This document shows, piece after piece, positions 28,453-38,360 of a stretch of 64,000 nucleotides of DNA. Source of the stretch: Candidatus Krumholzibacteriota bacterium. GTDB lineage: Bacteria > Krumholzibacteriota > Krumholzibacteriia > JAJRXK01. Location of the stretch: contig JAJRXK010000108.1 of NCBI GenBank assembly GCA_024276305.1, forward strand, positions 8,172-72,171. The letters are read 5' to 3'. The notes under the pieces are model-generated. The model was given only the letters and a program-made list of their open reading frames with translations. It made no database searches and was not told the origin of the DNA. Made by a program: the position numbers and the translations under genes. The first letter of the stretch is position 1. The number at the start of each line of letters is the position of its first letter.

Positions 28453-29868
28453 ATGCTCTTCACTCGACTCGAATTCTTCGGGCTCCTGGCCTTCACCCTC
28501 GTCTTCTTGTACCGGGTCGGGTCGGCCCGCCTGCGAAAGCTCTACCTCCTCGCCGCCAGCTACTACTTCTACGCCTTCTGGGATTGGCGATTCTTGGCTC
28601 TGCTGATGGCTTCCACCCTCTGCGATTTCGGAGTGGGTCGCGCCCTCTCTCGCTGCGACCGGTCTCGGGTGCGGCGGGCCTGGTTGACCCTCAGTCTGGT
28701 CGCGAACCTGGGCATCCTGGGTTTCTACAAGTACTTCGACTTCTTCGTGGTCGAGCTTTCGCGCCTGACCGGCGGGTGGGATCCGGGCTCTCACCTCCTG
28801 GGACTCGTGTTGCCGATCGGCATTTCCTTCTACACCTTCCAAACCCTCAGCTACACCATCGATGTGTATCGAGGGCGATTGCAACCCACGTCCTCCTTCA
28901 CGGATTTTGCACTCTACGTGGCGTTCTTTCCCCAGCTCGTCGCCGGACCGATCGTGCGTGCGCGGGAGTTGCTGCCTCAACTCGCCGAGAATCGTCACCC
29001 CTCCCGTGATCGCCTCTTCGCCGGGGCGCAGACTTTCGTGTTCGGATTCTTCAAGAAGGTCTTCATCGCCGATCGGGTGGCGGTATTCGTCGACGGAGTC
29101 TTCGCCGACGCGGGAGCCTTCGACGCGGTGACCACCTGGCTCGCGGTCCTCGCCTATGCGGTACAGATCTACTGCGATTTCTCCGGCTACTCGGACATGG
29201 CGATCGGGACCGCTCGGATGCTCGGCTACGACTTCGCCGAGAACTTCCGTCACCCCTACCTCGCACGGAGCCTGTCCGAGTTCTGGCGCCGGTGGCACAT
29301 CTCTCTCTCCACGTGGTTGCGCGACTATCTCTACCTTCCCCTGGGGGGCAGTCGCGGGGGTCGCCTCTTCACCTTTCGGAATCTGGGAATCACCATGGTG
29401 TTGGGAGGACTGTGGCACGGGGCGGCTCTGCACTTCATGGCCTGGGGCGTGTGGCACGGGGTGGCTCTCGCGGTCGAACGTGCGGTCGCACCGCGACTCC
29501 TCGGGGGGGCTTCGATGTCGCGACGAATTCCACCCCGGCTGATCTCGGTCGCGAGTTGGGGAGTGACGACTCTGGTGGTGGTCGTGGGGTGGGTCTTCTT
29601 CCGCGCGACGGATTTTCCCGCCGCGGGACGCCTTCTCTCGGCCATGGTCGGCCACAGTGGGGGTGGGTTGCGATGGATTCATCCCTTCGCGGCCGCCGCG
29701 CTTCTGATGGTGGCGATGTGGCACCTGTGGTGGGCGATGGGTCCCGAGCGCTGGCGTCCTCCCCTGGCGCAGAATTGGGCGACCGCGCTATGGCTCTGCT
29801 TCTTGGTGGGTCTGTGCTTCGCCTATCCTCCTCGAGATCCCAATCCCTTCCTCTATTTTCAGTTCTAG
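28453..29868 (+). CDS. MBOAT-family membrane-bound O-acyltransferase (AlgI/DltB/PatA-like)
   Basis: Multi-TM. Conserved His region (WHISLSTWLRDYLYLPLGG, WHGA). Confidence 0.85.
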   Translation: MLFTRLEFFGLLAFTLVFLYRVGSARLRKLYLLAASYYFYAFWDWRFLALLMASTLCDFGVGRALSRCDRSRVRRAWLTLSLVANLGILGFYKYFDFFVVELSRLTGGWDPGSHLLGLVLPIGISFYTFQTLSYTIDVYRGRLQPTSSFTDFALYVAFFPQLVAGPIVRARELLPQLAENRHPSRDRLFAGAQTFVFGFFKKVFIADRVAVFVDGVFADAGAFDAVTTWLAVLAYAVQIYCDFSGYSDMAIGTARMLGYDFAENFRHPYLARSLSEFWRRWHISLSTWLRDYLYLPLGGSRGGRLFTFRNLGITMVLGGLWHGAALHFMAWGVWHGVALAVERAVAPRLLGGASMSRRIPPRLISVASWGVTTLVVVVGWVFFRATDFPAAGRLLSAMVGHSGGGLRWIHPFAAAALLMVAMWHLWWAMGPERWRPPLAQNWATALWLCFLVGLCFAYPPRDPNPFLYFQF

Positions 29869-29986
29869 GTGCCGAATTCCCGGCGAGACTCTACACTGAG
29901 GAATCGACTGGTGGATTCGCAGCGGGCGATGATGACCGGCGCAGGCCCCAGGATCGTGGCCTGGGCCAAGAGGTGAATGAGAGTCC

Positions 29987-30649
29987 ATGTCCTCCGAAAA
30001 GGACCCGACACACTCGGACGGGGTGGTCGTACCAGGGAATGGAGGTTCCGCGCCGCAGGCGGCGAGGAGCTCCGCGTCGGAGTTGGCCCCGCCCAGCCGC
30101 GAGGAACTGCTCCGGGTACGAGACCGCGAAGAGGCTGCCCTCGGTCGATTCTTCGATCGCTACTTCTCGCACGTCTACGGCTTGGTCCGTCGACTCCTGC
30201 GCGATGAGACGCTCGCCGAAGATGCCACCCAGGAAGTCTTCCTCAAGGTCCACCGAGCCATCGACCGCCTGGATCCCGAGAGAGATCCTGCGCCCTGGTT
30301 GACCACGATTGCCTACAACGTGTGTCGTGATCGCTGGCGCTCGTCGGCCGACAAGATGGATCGGCAGTCCTCGTCCATCGAGGACCAGCCCGGACTCTCC
30401 AATCGTCTCGGGGACAGCCGGTCGACTCCGGAAGAGGACGCGTTGGCCCACGAGCGGCAGCGATTGGTCCAAGAGGCCATCTCGCGCCTGCCCGAGCCCC
30501 AGCGCGAAGTGGTGGTGTTGCATGACTACGAGGGAATGACCCACGACGAGATCGCGCAGATGGTGGGGGCGAGCCACGCGGCGATCCGCAAACGATACTC
30601 GCGCGCGTTGAACGCGCTGGCCGACCTCCTGAAGGAAACGCTGGGATGA
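29987..30649 (+). CDS. RNA polymerase sigma-70 factor, ECF subfamily
   Basis: Sigma-2 region (FFDRYFSHVYGLVRRLL...DATQEVFLKV) and sigma-4 region (VVVLHDYEGMTHDEIAQMVG). Confidence 0.85.
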   Translation: MSSEKDPTHSDGVVVPGNGGSAPQAARSSASELAPPSREELLRVRDREEAALGRFFDRYFSHVYGLVRRLLRDETLAEDATQEVFLKVHRAIDRLDPERDPAPWLTTIAYNVCRDRWRSSADKMDRQSSSIEDQPGLSNRLGDSRSTPEEDALAHERQRLVQEAISRLPEPQREVVVLHDYEGMTHDEIAQMVGASHAAIRKRYSRALNALADLLKETLG

Positions 30650-31503
30650 GCTCACAAGATCCGATCCGCAACGACCCCGACTCTGCGTTGAGCCCAGCGC
30701 AGCTTCGGGTGCAGGCGCTTCTGCGGTCTACCGAGGCACCGGCGGCGCGCGAAGATTTCCGCATTCGACTTCGCCAACGTTTTTCGAGTGGAGACTTCGA
30801 GGTCGGGGAGGATCTCCGATCGTCCGGCGCAGCTCGGCCTTCCCCGGCTCCTCGGAGTCGGTGGAAACTGCGATACGGGGTGCCCCTGGCGGCTGCGGCA
30901 GCCGTGGTCCTCATGTTCTCCCTCTGGAATCCAGGGACGACCTGGGAGGTCATGAGCGTGGCCGCGAATACCGCGCACGTGAACCTCGACGGAGAAGAAT
31001 TCTCCTGCGACGACCTCAGCCTCATTCAGGCGGCTCTGCATCCAGGCTGCAAGATCGAGGTTCCCGAAGGTGGGCAGATAGAGATCCTCGATCAGGGGAA
31101 ACTCGTCCTCCAGCTCAATGGCTCGGTGGCGGTCACCCTTCCTTCGCTTCCGTTTCGCTGGTTCGGGAGCACCCTCGAGTCGGTCTTCACCGGGCGGGGC
31201 ACTCTGCGGGTGGCGACCGCGGAGCAATTCGCCGGGACCCGCTATCGTCTGCGGTCGGCGGGAGTCGATCTCGAGGTCACGGGAACGACCTTCGCGGTGA
31301 TCCAGACCGAAGACGAGACCTGCATTTGTGTCCTCGATGGTGAAGTCGTGGCGACCCTGCCGGACGGATCCAAACGCTCCGTCTCCGGCGGGCGGCGCCT
31401 GACCATCCGGCGTGCCAGCGGACAGATCGAGGAGGGCGAGATGCATCCGGAGGAGCGGAGCCAGCTCCGCGAGCTGCGAATGCGGACGGACCACATCAGC
31501 TGA
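30646..31503 (+). CDS. Anti-sigma factor (single-pass, FecR-like periplasmic domain)
   Basis: ATGA overlap with the sigma-factor gene. One TM (LAAAAAVVLMFSLW). FecR-like C-terminal domain. Confidence 0.65.
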   Translation: MSSQDPIRNDPDSALSPAQLRVQALLRSTEAPAAREDFRIRLRQRFSSGDFEVGEDLRSSGAARPSPAPRSRWKLRYGVPLAAAAAVVLMFSLWNPGTTWEVMSVAANTAHVNLDGEEFSCDDLSLIQAALHPGCKIEVPEGGQIEILDQGKLVLQLNGSVAVTLPSLPFRWFGSTLESVFTGRGTLRVATAEQFAGTRYRLRSAGVDLEVTGTTFAVIQTEDETCICVLDGEVVATLPDGSKRSVSGGRRLTIRRASGQIEEGEMHPEERSQLRELRMRTDHIS

Positions 31504-32266
31504 GGCGGGCCTGGGTCGAATCGGGACGGCGGGCGATCAGCACCAGGCGGGAGCTTCCCACTCCGAAGTCCTCGAGTTCCATGCTCCCGTAGGATTCGAA
31601 GTCGCCGAATCCGATCTCCGAGAGCATGGACTCCAACTCCCGGTAGGAATAGATGCGGATGGAGCTTTCGACTTGGTCGAAGCAGTCCGGTCCCGCGAAG
31701 GTCCACATGCTCAGGACCCGTGAACTCACCGGGTCGAATTGGCGCTCCTCGGCCACCACGATCTCTCCGGCCGGATACCACTGCCGCTCTTCGAATTCGG
31801 GAAGCAGGGTCTCCAGGCACTGGGTGTCCACGACCAGGCTTCCCCCGGGCCGCAGCGCCTCGAAGATCCGCGAGAAGTAGCGGCGATCTTCGTCCTCTCC
31901 CGCGTAGCCGATGCTCGACCAGATCGAGAAGGCCGCATCGAAGGGACCCGAGAGCTGGAGGTCCCACATGTCGCCCTGCCGGTAGTCGATGGTCAGGCCC
32001 CGGGCCGCGGCTCGTTGCCGGGCGAATTCCAGGAAGTCCGCACTGCGGTCCACGCCGGTGATCGAATGCCCCCACTGGGCAAAGTGCTCGGTGATCCGTC
32101 CCTCGCCGCAGGGCACGTCGAGGAGGCGGGATCCGCTCTCGAGCTGGAGCATCTCTCTCAAGGCCTCCGCGCTGCGGCGGCTTTGGTCGGCGGAGAAGGA
32201 CTGTGGCTGGACCTGGCGCCAGGCACTGGCGAAGAAGCGCTCGTGCCAGGGGCTCTCTTCGAACAT
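31496..32266 (-). CDS. Class I SAM-dependent methyltransferase
   Basis: LLDVPCGEGRIT (motif I) and RPGGSLVV. Confidence 0.8.
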   Translation of the reverse strand: MFEESPWHERFFASAWRQVQPQSFSADQSRRSAEALREMLQLESGSRLLDVPCGEGRITEHFAQWGHSITGVDRSADFLEFARQRAAARGLTIDYRQGDMWDLQLSGPFDAAFSIWSSIGYAGEDEDRRYFSRIFEALRPGGSLVVDTQCLETLLPEFEERQWYPAGEIVVAEERQFDPVSSRVLSMWTFAGPDCFDQVESSIRIYSYRELESMLSEIGFGDFESYGSMELEDFGVGSSRLVLIARRPDSTQARLS

Positions 32267-32426
32267 CGCATCCCTTTCGAGGTGGGGAATCCGGAATCTA
32301 CGCGGGACTCTGCGAGGGGCGCAGTCCGGTCCAGCTTAGGTCGATCCCGGGGCGGGGGCCACCGCACCCTTGCTTGACCCGGAGCTCGGCCTCGGGCAGG
32401 CTCGGGTCCCAAAACGGAGGTCTACC

Positions 32427-34397
32427 TTGCCCGACGCAAAGAGTGGACTCGATCCGCGAGCCTACCTTCCCCTGGCTCCGGGCGAGACCTACCCGTCCTA
32501 CGTCCCTGCCGACGAGAGCCCGCCCGAGTTCACGCTCAAGGCCATCCTCTTCGGCATCCTCTTCGGGATCGTTTTCGGAGCCGCCAACGCCTATCTCGGG
32601 TTGAGGGCGGGGCTCACCATCAGCACTTCGATTCCGGTGGCAGTGATGACCGTGGCCGCCTTCCGGGCCCTGGCCGCGGCCGGGGGAAGGTCTTCGATCC
32701 TGGAGGCCAACACTTCGCAGACCATCGGATCGGCCTCGAGTTCGGTGGCCAGCGGGATCATTTTCACGCTCCCGGCTCTCTTCCTCTGGGGCGTGGCCCC
32801 GTCCTTGGCCCAGATGACCGCACTGGCGGTGGCCGGAGGCTGTCTGGGGATCCTCTTCATGGTGCCGCTGCGCCGTTTCCTCATTCATCGGGAACACGGA
32901 CACCTGCCCTATCCCGAGGGCACCGCCTGCGCGGAGGTTCTCGTGGCCAGCGAAGAGGGCGGAGGAAAGGCACACTATGTGTTCTGGGGAATCGGCGGAG
33001 GGGCCTTCTTCAAGCTCCTCACCTCGTGGTTGCACCTGATCCCCGGCGAGTCCGTCGCCCGCATTCCCGGCCTTCGCAAGGGAGAAATCGGGACCGAGCT
33101 CTCCGCGGCCCTCTTCGGAGTGGGGTACATCCTGGGTCGCCGCGTCTCGCTCATCATGGTCGGGGGAGGGCTGCTCTCCTCCTTGGTCTTGATTCCCGGT
33201 CTCGCCATCTGGGGTGGGGAACGCGAGCTGCCTCTCTTTCCGGAGACTTCGATGCTGCTGCGGGACATGTCTCCCTCGCTCCTCTGGACTCGGTACATTC
33301 GCTACATCGGAGCCGGAGCGGTGGCCACGGCCGGACTGATCACCCTGGCGCGGAGCATCCCGCTCATGGTGGAGAGCTTCCGGAGGGGTGCCTCCCAGTT
33401 GCGGAGCTCTCTCGGGAGTGGCGAAGAGGCGGCGGTCGACCGGACCCAGACCGATCTGAGTCTGAAGACGGTGGGCATTGGGGTGCTTCTGGTGACGGCC
33501 TTTCTGGCCGTGGTTCCCTTGGCCTTCTCCGGAGTGGGGGGCATCTTTCCTCGGCTGGTGGCTTCGGTCTGCGTGGTGGTCTTCTCCTTCTTCTTCGTGA
33601 CCGTGGCTTCGCGCATCGTGGGATTGGTGGGGGTCACCTCCAACCCGACGAGCGGGATGACCATCGCCGCTCTGCTCGGAACCTCGGTGATCTTCCTCGC
33701 ATTGGGGTGGACCGATCTGCTGGGCAAGGCGACCGCCCTGACTGTGGGTTGTGTGGTGGCGATCGCGGCGTCGATCTCCGGAGACACTTCCCAGGATCTG
33801 AAGACGGGATATCTCCTGGGCGCCACGCCCCGTCGTCAGCAGATCGGCGAGTTGGTGGGGGTGCTGACCTCGGCGGTCTTCGTCTGCCTCTCGGTCATCC
33901 TCCTGGAGAAGTCCTTCGGCTTCGGCGGAGCAGATCTTCCTGCGCCGCAGGCGGCCCTCATGAAGATCGTGATCGAGGGAGTGCTCGACCAAGAGTTGCC
34001 CTGGGTCCTGGTGGGCATCGGCGCGGTGATCGCGGTGGTCTGCGAACTTCTGCGCATCCCCTCTCTGGCCTTCGCGGTGGGCGTCTATCTCCCGGTGGCG
34101 ACCATGGTCCCGGTCTTCTTCGGAGGCATGCTGCGGTGGTTTCTGGAACGCAGTGCGGCGGATGAGACCCAGGCCGGAGAGCGTCGAGAACGAGGGATTC
34201 TGCTCGGGAGTGGATTCGTGGGAGGAGAGGGCCTGCTGGGGGTCGCCATCGCGGGGGTCGCCTTCGTGCAATCGCGCAAACCCGCCGGAATCGGGACCGA
34301 TTGGCTCGGCCCGGAGTGGGTGGCGCAGCTCGTGGGCCTGGTGGCCTTCCTCGGACTGATCTATGCCTTCGCACGCTTGGCGCGGGCCGAAGAGTAG
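32427..34397 (+). CDS. OPT-family oligopeptide transporter
   Basis: Multi-TM with OPT signatures. TTG at 32427 is preceded by GGAGG. An upstream alternative start lies at 32370. Confidence 0.8.
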   Translation: MPDAKSGLDPRAYLPLAPGETYPSYVPADESPPEFTLKAILFGILFGIVFGAANAYLGLRAGLTISTSIPVAVMTVAAFRALAAAGGRSSILEANTSQTIGSASSSVASGIIFTLPALFLWGVAPSLAQMTALAVAGGCLGILFMVPLRRFLIHREHGHLPYPEGTACAEVLVASEEGGGKAHYVFWGIGGGAFFKLLTSWLHLIPGESVARIPGLRKGEIGTELSAALFGVGYILGRRVSLIMVGGGLLSSLVLIPGLAIWGGERELPLFPETSMLLRDMSPSLLWTRYIRYIGAGAVATAGLITLARSIPLMVESFRRGASQLRSSLGSGEEAAVDRTQTDLSLKTVGIGVLLVTAFLAVVPLAFSGVGGIFPRLVASVCVVVFSFFFVTVASRIVGLVGVTSNPTSGMTIAALLGTSVIFLALGWTDLLGKATALTVGCVVAIAASISGDTSQDLKTGYLLGATPRRQQIGELVGVLTSAVFVCLSVILLEKSFGFGGADLPAPQAALMKIVIEGVLDQELPWVLVGIGAVIAVVCELLRIPSLAFAVGVYLPVATMVPVFFGGMLRWFLERSAADETQAGERRERGILLGSGFVGGEGLLGVAIAGVAFVQSRKPAGIGTDWLGPEWVAQLVGLVAFLGLIYAFARLARAEE

Positions 34398-34415
34398 CCC
34401 GAACTCCGCCTTCGA

Positions 34416-36650
34416 TCAGCGCAGCGTCGCGCGCTGAACTTCGGTGCGGGTTCCGTCGCTCAATTCGAGTTGGACTTCGGTCAATCCGCTGCGAAGGGTC
34501 ATGTCTCCACCCCGGGCAAAGGAGAGAACTTCGCCACTGCGGGGATCGCGAACGATGATCACCGGATGCAGCGTGGGATCCCACTGGAGTCGAAGTTCGT
34601 TGTGGCCCTGGCGTTCGATCGAGTAGGGAAGGCGCCGGGCCGATCGGCCGACGTCCCGATTGCGGCTGCGTTGCAGAGCGCGGCTTCGGGGGCTCCGCGC
34701 CTCGACTTCGTAGAGAGCGGCGGCCTGGGCCGCGGTCACCGGCACCGTCCAGGCGAAGGCGCCCTCTTCGAGATTCGGGTGATCGGCGAGACGCGGGAGC
34801 TCGAAGCTCAGATCGAAGAGGGTGCGCCCCGCTTCGTCGCGGGCGTCGATCCGAAGGTCCCCTCGCCGCAGGGGCAGGTGAGGCCGCGCCTGGACCAGGA
34901 AGGCGGGTTCGAGAATCAGCTCCCCGTCGTGAACGCGGCCCCACACCAGGATACACGAGCTGGGACGGCCCGACAGCGTCTTCGATGCCGCGCCCATGAA
35001 GTCGAGAATCCGAGTGTAGGTGTAGTCCGAGATCCACTGCGGATTGCAGTAGCCCATGATGTCGGTGTAGGAAGCGGGATCCTTGATCGCGGGGATCGTC
35101 AGGTCGATGCCGCGGACTCCGATGGAGGCGCCGGAGTAGGGATAGTTGGGATCGGGATTCGCGGGTCCTCCGCAGGGAGAATGGGGTCGGCCCAAGTTGT
35201 GCCCGATCTCGTGCGCAGCCACTCCGGCCCGTGAATTGGATCGGTCCCATCCCATGGCCACATTGTAGCCCTGACTCTTGGAGAAGGGCACGTAGCCCAG
35301 TCCGGCGACACCAGAGGTGTAGGTGGTCTTCACCACTCCGAAGTAGTAGCGGCTGCTGACGTCCGTCGTATTTCGCAGAGCCAGGAGTTCCTGAAGGATC
35401 TGAGTCCAGGCGCCGTTGCCGTCGTTCGATTCGAGCGGAGGGGCGGCGGTGGTGTAGGTGGTGCGCAGATCCACGTCGATGCTGGGGAAGGGGAGGAGTT
35501 TCGTGGCCAGCGCCACGTAGTCTCCCTTGTTGGCCAGGGTCGCATCTCCGCTGAGTCCGTTCGCAGATTGGAGCACGGGGACCAGACGCACCTGAAGGGG
35601 GGTGCGCGAGACGACATTCACCGGTCGCGTCGATCCATCGATGGGATAGCGGTTGTTGGTCTCGAAGCCCTCGAGCACAGTGTTCTGGGGATCGATTTCG
35701 AAGCGCACTTCGAGGTTGGGCTGGATCAGTCCGGCGGGCACCACCGTATTCCAGCTGCTGCTCAGGTCCAGAGGAGTGGGGGCGGTGGGGGTGCTGATGC
35801 CGCTGCGGGAGAGGGTCTCGCTCTGCTGGAATTGACCGTTGATGAAGTAATCCACGCGGATGTCCGGGACTTCGGCATTCACTTCGTTGGCCACTCCGAA
35901 GACTCGGAGGAAGGCATCCCGATCCCGGATCAGGGGAACGTTGAGGCTGTCGTTCTGGGTGACCTGGGAGATCTCGTAGCCGGAGATGTAGAGGTCGAGA
36001 CTGGCCCCGGTCCGCTGCCCGTAAGCGATGTAGGATCCTCCCATCCCTCCGGCGACGATGTCGAAGTTCTCCACCGCGGGGAAGGGCGCGTACTCGACCC
36101 CACCGTCGCTGATCACCGCCGCGGTCACCACATAGGTTCCGGGGGTGAGACTCCTCAAGGTGTCGGACTGGGTCACGGACTGCGAGTAGGAGCCCGGTCC
36201 GGTCACCAGCACCGAGGCCGAGGCTCCCGCGGGAACTCCGCTCAGGGAGATGAGCAGGCTGCCCTTGGTGATCGCTCCGGTGTAGTTCACGCTGGCCGGG
36301 CGAGGGTCGCCGGTGCCGATCATGAGGTTCTGGGTGGGAGTGTTCGGCGTGTACTCCCAATCTCCGGAACTCACCACCGAACTCGTCAGGTTGTAGGAGC
36401 CGGGCGCGAGGTCGGTCATGACTTCACTCGTGCTCACGTGGTGGGAGTATCCCCCCGGCCCGGTCACCAGGATGTCGGCATTCACCCCACTGGGTAGCCC
36501 TTGCACGCTCAAGTCCAGACCTCCGGTGGTGGGAGGAGCCGGTGCGGTGTTCTGGGAACTCTTGGAGCAGGCTCCCAAGCCCAGGGCCAGGACCGTGAGG
36601 GCGCAGATCTCGAGTCGGGAGCGGAGGCGACCGCAAGACAGGGAAGGCAT
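34416..36650 (-). CDS. Metzincin-type zinc metalloprotease lipoprotein with Ig-like/beta-sandwich repeats
   Basis: Lipoprotein signal (LALGLGACSK). HEIGHNLGRPH matches the extended metzincin motif HExxHxxGxxH. ATG at 36650. Confidence 0.7.
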   Translation of the reverse strand: MPSLSCGRLRSRLEICALTVLALGLGACSKSSQNTAPAPPTTGGLDLSVQGLPSGVNADILVTGPGGYSHHVSTSEVMTDLAPGSYNLTSSVVSSGDWEYTPNTPTQNLMIGTGDPRPASVNYTGAITKGSLLISLSGVPAGASASVLVTGPGSYSQSVTQSDTLRSLTPGTYVVTAAVISDGGVEYAPFPAVENFDIVAGGMGGSYIAYGQRTGASLDLYISGYEISQVTQNDSLNVPLIRDRDAFLRVFGVANEVNAEVPDIRVDYFINGQFQQSETLSRSGISTPTAPTPLDLSSSWNTVVPAGLIQPNLEVRFEIDPQNTVLEGFETNNRYPIDGSTRPVNVVSRTPLQVRLVPVLQSANGLSGDATLANKGDYVALATKLLPFPSIDVDLRTTYTTAAPPLESNDGNGAWTQILQELLALRNTTDVSSRYYFGVVKTTYTSGVAGLGYVPFSKSQGYNVAMGWDRSNSRAGVAAHEIGHNLGRPHSPCGGPANPDPNYPYSGASIGVRGIDLTIPAIKDPASYTDIMGYCNPQWISDYTYTRILDFMGAASKTLSGRPSSCILVWGRVHDGELILEPAFLVQARPHLPLRRGDLRIDARDEAGRTLFDLSFELPRLADHPNLEEGAFAWTVPVTAAQAAALYEVEARSPRSRALQRSRNRDVGRSARRLPYSIERQGHNELRLQWDPTLHPVIIVRDPRSGEVLSFARGGDMTLRSGLTEVQLELSDGTRTEVQRATLR

Positions 36651-36831
36651 GACAGAACTCCGGTGCGGGGTCGAGGGGGTGGACTTCCCGCGGCCCTTGC
36701 AACCGGAGTTCCCGCAGCTTCCCCCTCCTGTTGGGGGCGCGACCTTCCCTCTGAGGGCGCAAAGGTCCTCGGGCGGGGTCAGAGTCTTTGCGAATGGAGT
36801 CAGGCGTCTTGCAAAGTGGGAGGGGGGCAGA

Positions 36832-38121
36832 TCAGAGAAGGCGCCTCGGCAGTACCACCAGATTGGCCAGGAAGAGTCCACTCACCAGCCCCACCGCGAT
36901 CAGAGCCACCGCGGAAGCGGTCTCGACCCCGGTCAGAACGTCGTTGGTCAGAAGGGATTGAAGACTGGCCAAGCCCAAGCTCCCCGGCACCAGAGGCAGG
37001 AGTCCCGGGACCAGGGGAATGGCGGTGGGGACGTCCTGCCACCGGGCCAGGCCGTTGCTGCACACTCCCAGGACCAGCGCCCCGAGGGCGGCCCCGAGCT
37101 CGGGCCCCAGCCACGAGCTCCCGAGTCGAGTTCCCAAGTAGCTCACGACCAGGACCGGAAGGATCAGTCCCAGGTCCCGCCACCGAGCCTGGAAGAGCAT
37201 GACCAAGGAGATGGCCATGGGCACCACCGCCAGGGGCAGGGTCCAATCCGGCAGGGCCACCGGGGGGTGCGGGATGGGCGGCCCGACCAGGAGTGCGGCC
37301 AGCCGGGCTCCGAGAGCCACCCCGAAGCCGAGTTGGAGGAAGGTCACCATCGAACTCGAGAGGCGCGCGGTGCCGCTGACCACGTGACCACTCGCCAATT
37401 CGTTCATGGCCACGGTCATGGAGAGCCCGGGCACGAGGACGATGAGGCTCGAGAGGACCACGATGGGAGAGTAGAGGTCGAAGAGACCGGCTCCCGCGGC
37501 CGAGGCCCCCGACGCCACCAGGCCCGCCACCGCAGGGAGCAACTGTCGGACTCGCGGATTGGGTCCGGTCAGCACCGCGAGAAATCCGACCGCCAGGCCC
37601 AGGGCGGCCGAGGCCACGATCTCGTGAGTGCCACCGTCGAAGATTCGGGCCACCGAGGCCGAGGAGAGGGCGAAGCCCAGGATGACCGCCGGTCCGGGAA
37701 AGCGCGACGGGGCCTCGACCACCGCTTCGACTCGGTCTCGCGCGGTGGCCGCGGGCATGCGTCCTTCGACCACTTCCTTGATCACCGAGTGGAGCTCGGC
37801 CAGCTTGCCCAGGTCGCTCTCCCCCGCATCCACCCGCAGCAGGCGGGTGCGTTGGCGGTCGAGGTCGCCGAAGGAGGCCAGAATCGAGGTGGGAGAGATC
37901 AGGAACTTGGCTTCGACCCCCAGGAGCTCCGCGATCGAAGAGAGAGCTTCTTCGAGGCGGTGCGCGGGAGTGCCGTAGACGTGGAGGCCCCGGGCGAGAC
38001 GCAAGAGGAAGGCTTCGGCCGCTTCGTGGTCGACTTCGGCGATCCGGGGAGTGACCGATGAATCGGAGCGGGGCGCCCACAGCCGCCCCGGTCGCAGAGA
38101 ATGTCGCCAGAGTGCCTTCAT
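36832..38121 (-). CDS. Threonine/serine exporter (ThrE) family membrane protein
   Basis: DUF1212-like N-terminal half plus 5-TM C-terminal half. ATG at 38121. Confidence 0.75.
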   Translation of the reverse strand: MKALWRHSLRPGRLWAPRSDSSVTPRIAEVDHEAAEAFLLRLARGLHVYGTPAHRLEEALSSIAELLGVEAKFLISPTSILASFGDLDRQRTRLLRVDAGESDLGKLAELHSVIKEVVEGRMPAATARDRVEAVVEAPSRFPGPAVILGFALSSASVARIFDGGTHEIVASAALGLAVGFLAVLTGPNPRVRQLLPAVAGLVASGASAAGAGLFDLYSPIVVLSSLIVLVPGLSMTVAMNELASGHVVSGTARLSSSMVTFLQLGFGVALGARLAALLVGPPIPHPPVALPDWTLPLAVVPMAISLVMLFQARWRDLGLILPVLVVSYLGTRLGSSWLGPELGAALGALVLGVCSNGLARWQDVPTAIPLVPGLLPLVPGSLGLASLQSLLTNDVLTGVETASAVALIAVGLVSGLFLANLVVLPRRLL

Positions 38122-38360
38122 CGCAGCAACCGAAGTCGAGAGTCGGAGAGGAGTCGCGCGGCGGAGTGGCCGGAGGTCGAGAGCGGAGTCCGAGGACCGG
38201 TCTGCGACCAAGACTAGTGGCGCGGATTGCGATCCGCACGGGATCTTTGGGAAGCGGAGTGGTAGGGTAGGTGCTGAGCGCGACCAGTCGTGGCGCGCCC
38301 AGCGAGCCTTCCGCCGGTGCCACCTCTCGGGCACCCGCGACGGGATGGGGGTTGAGGTCG

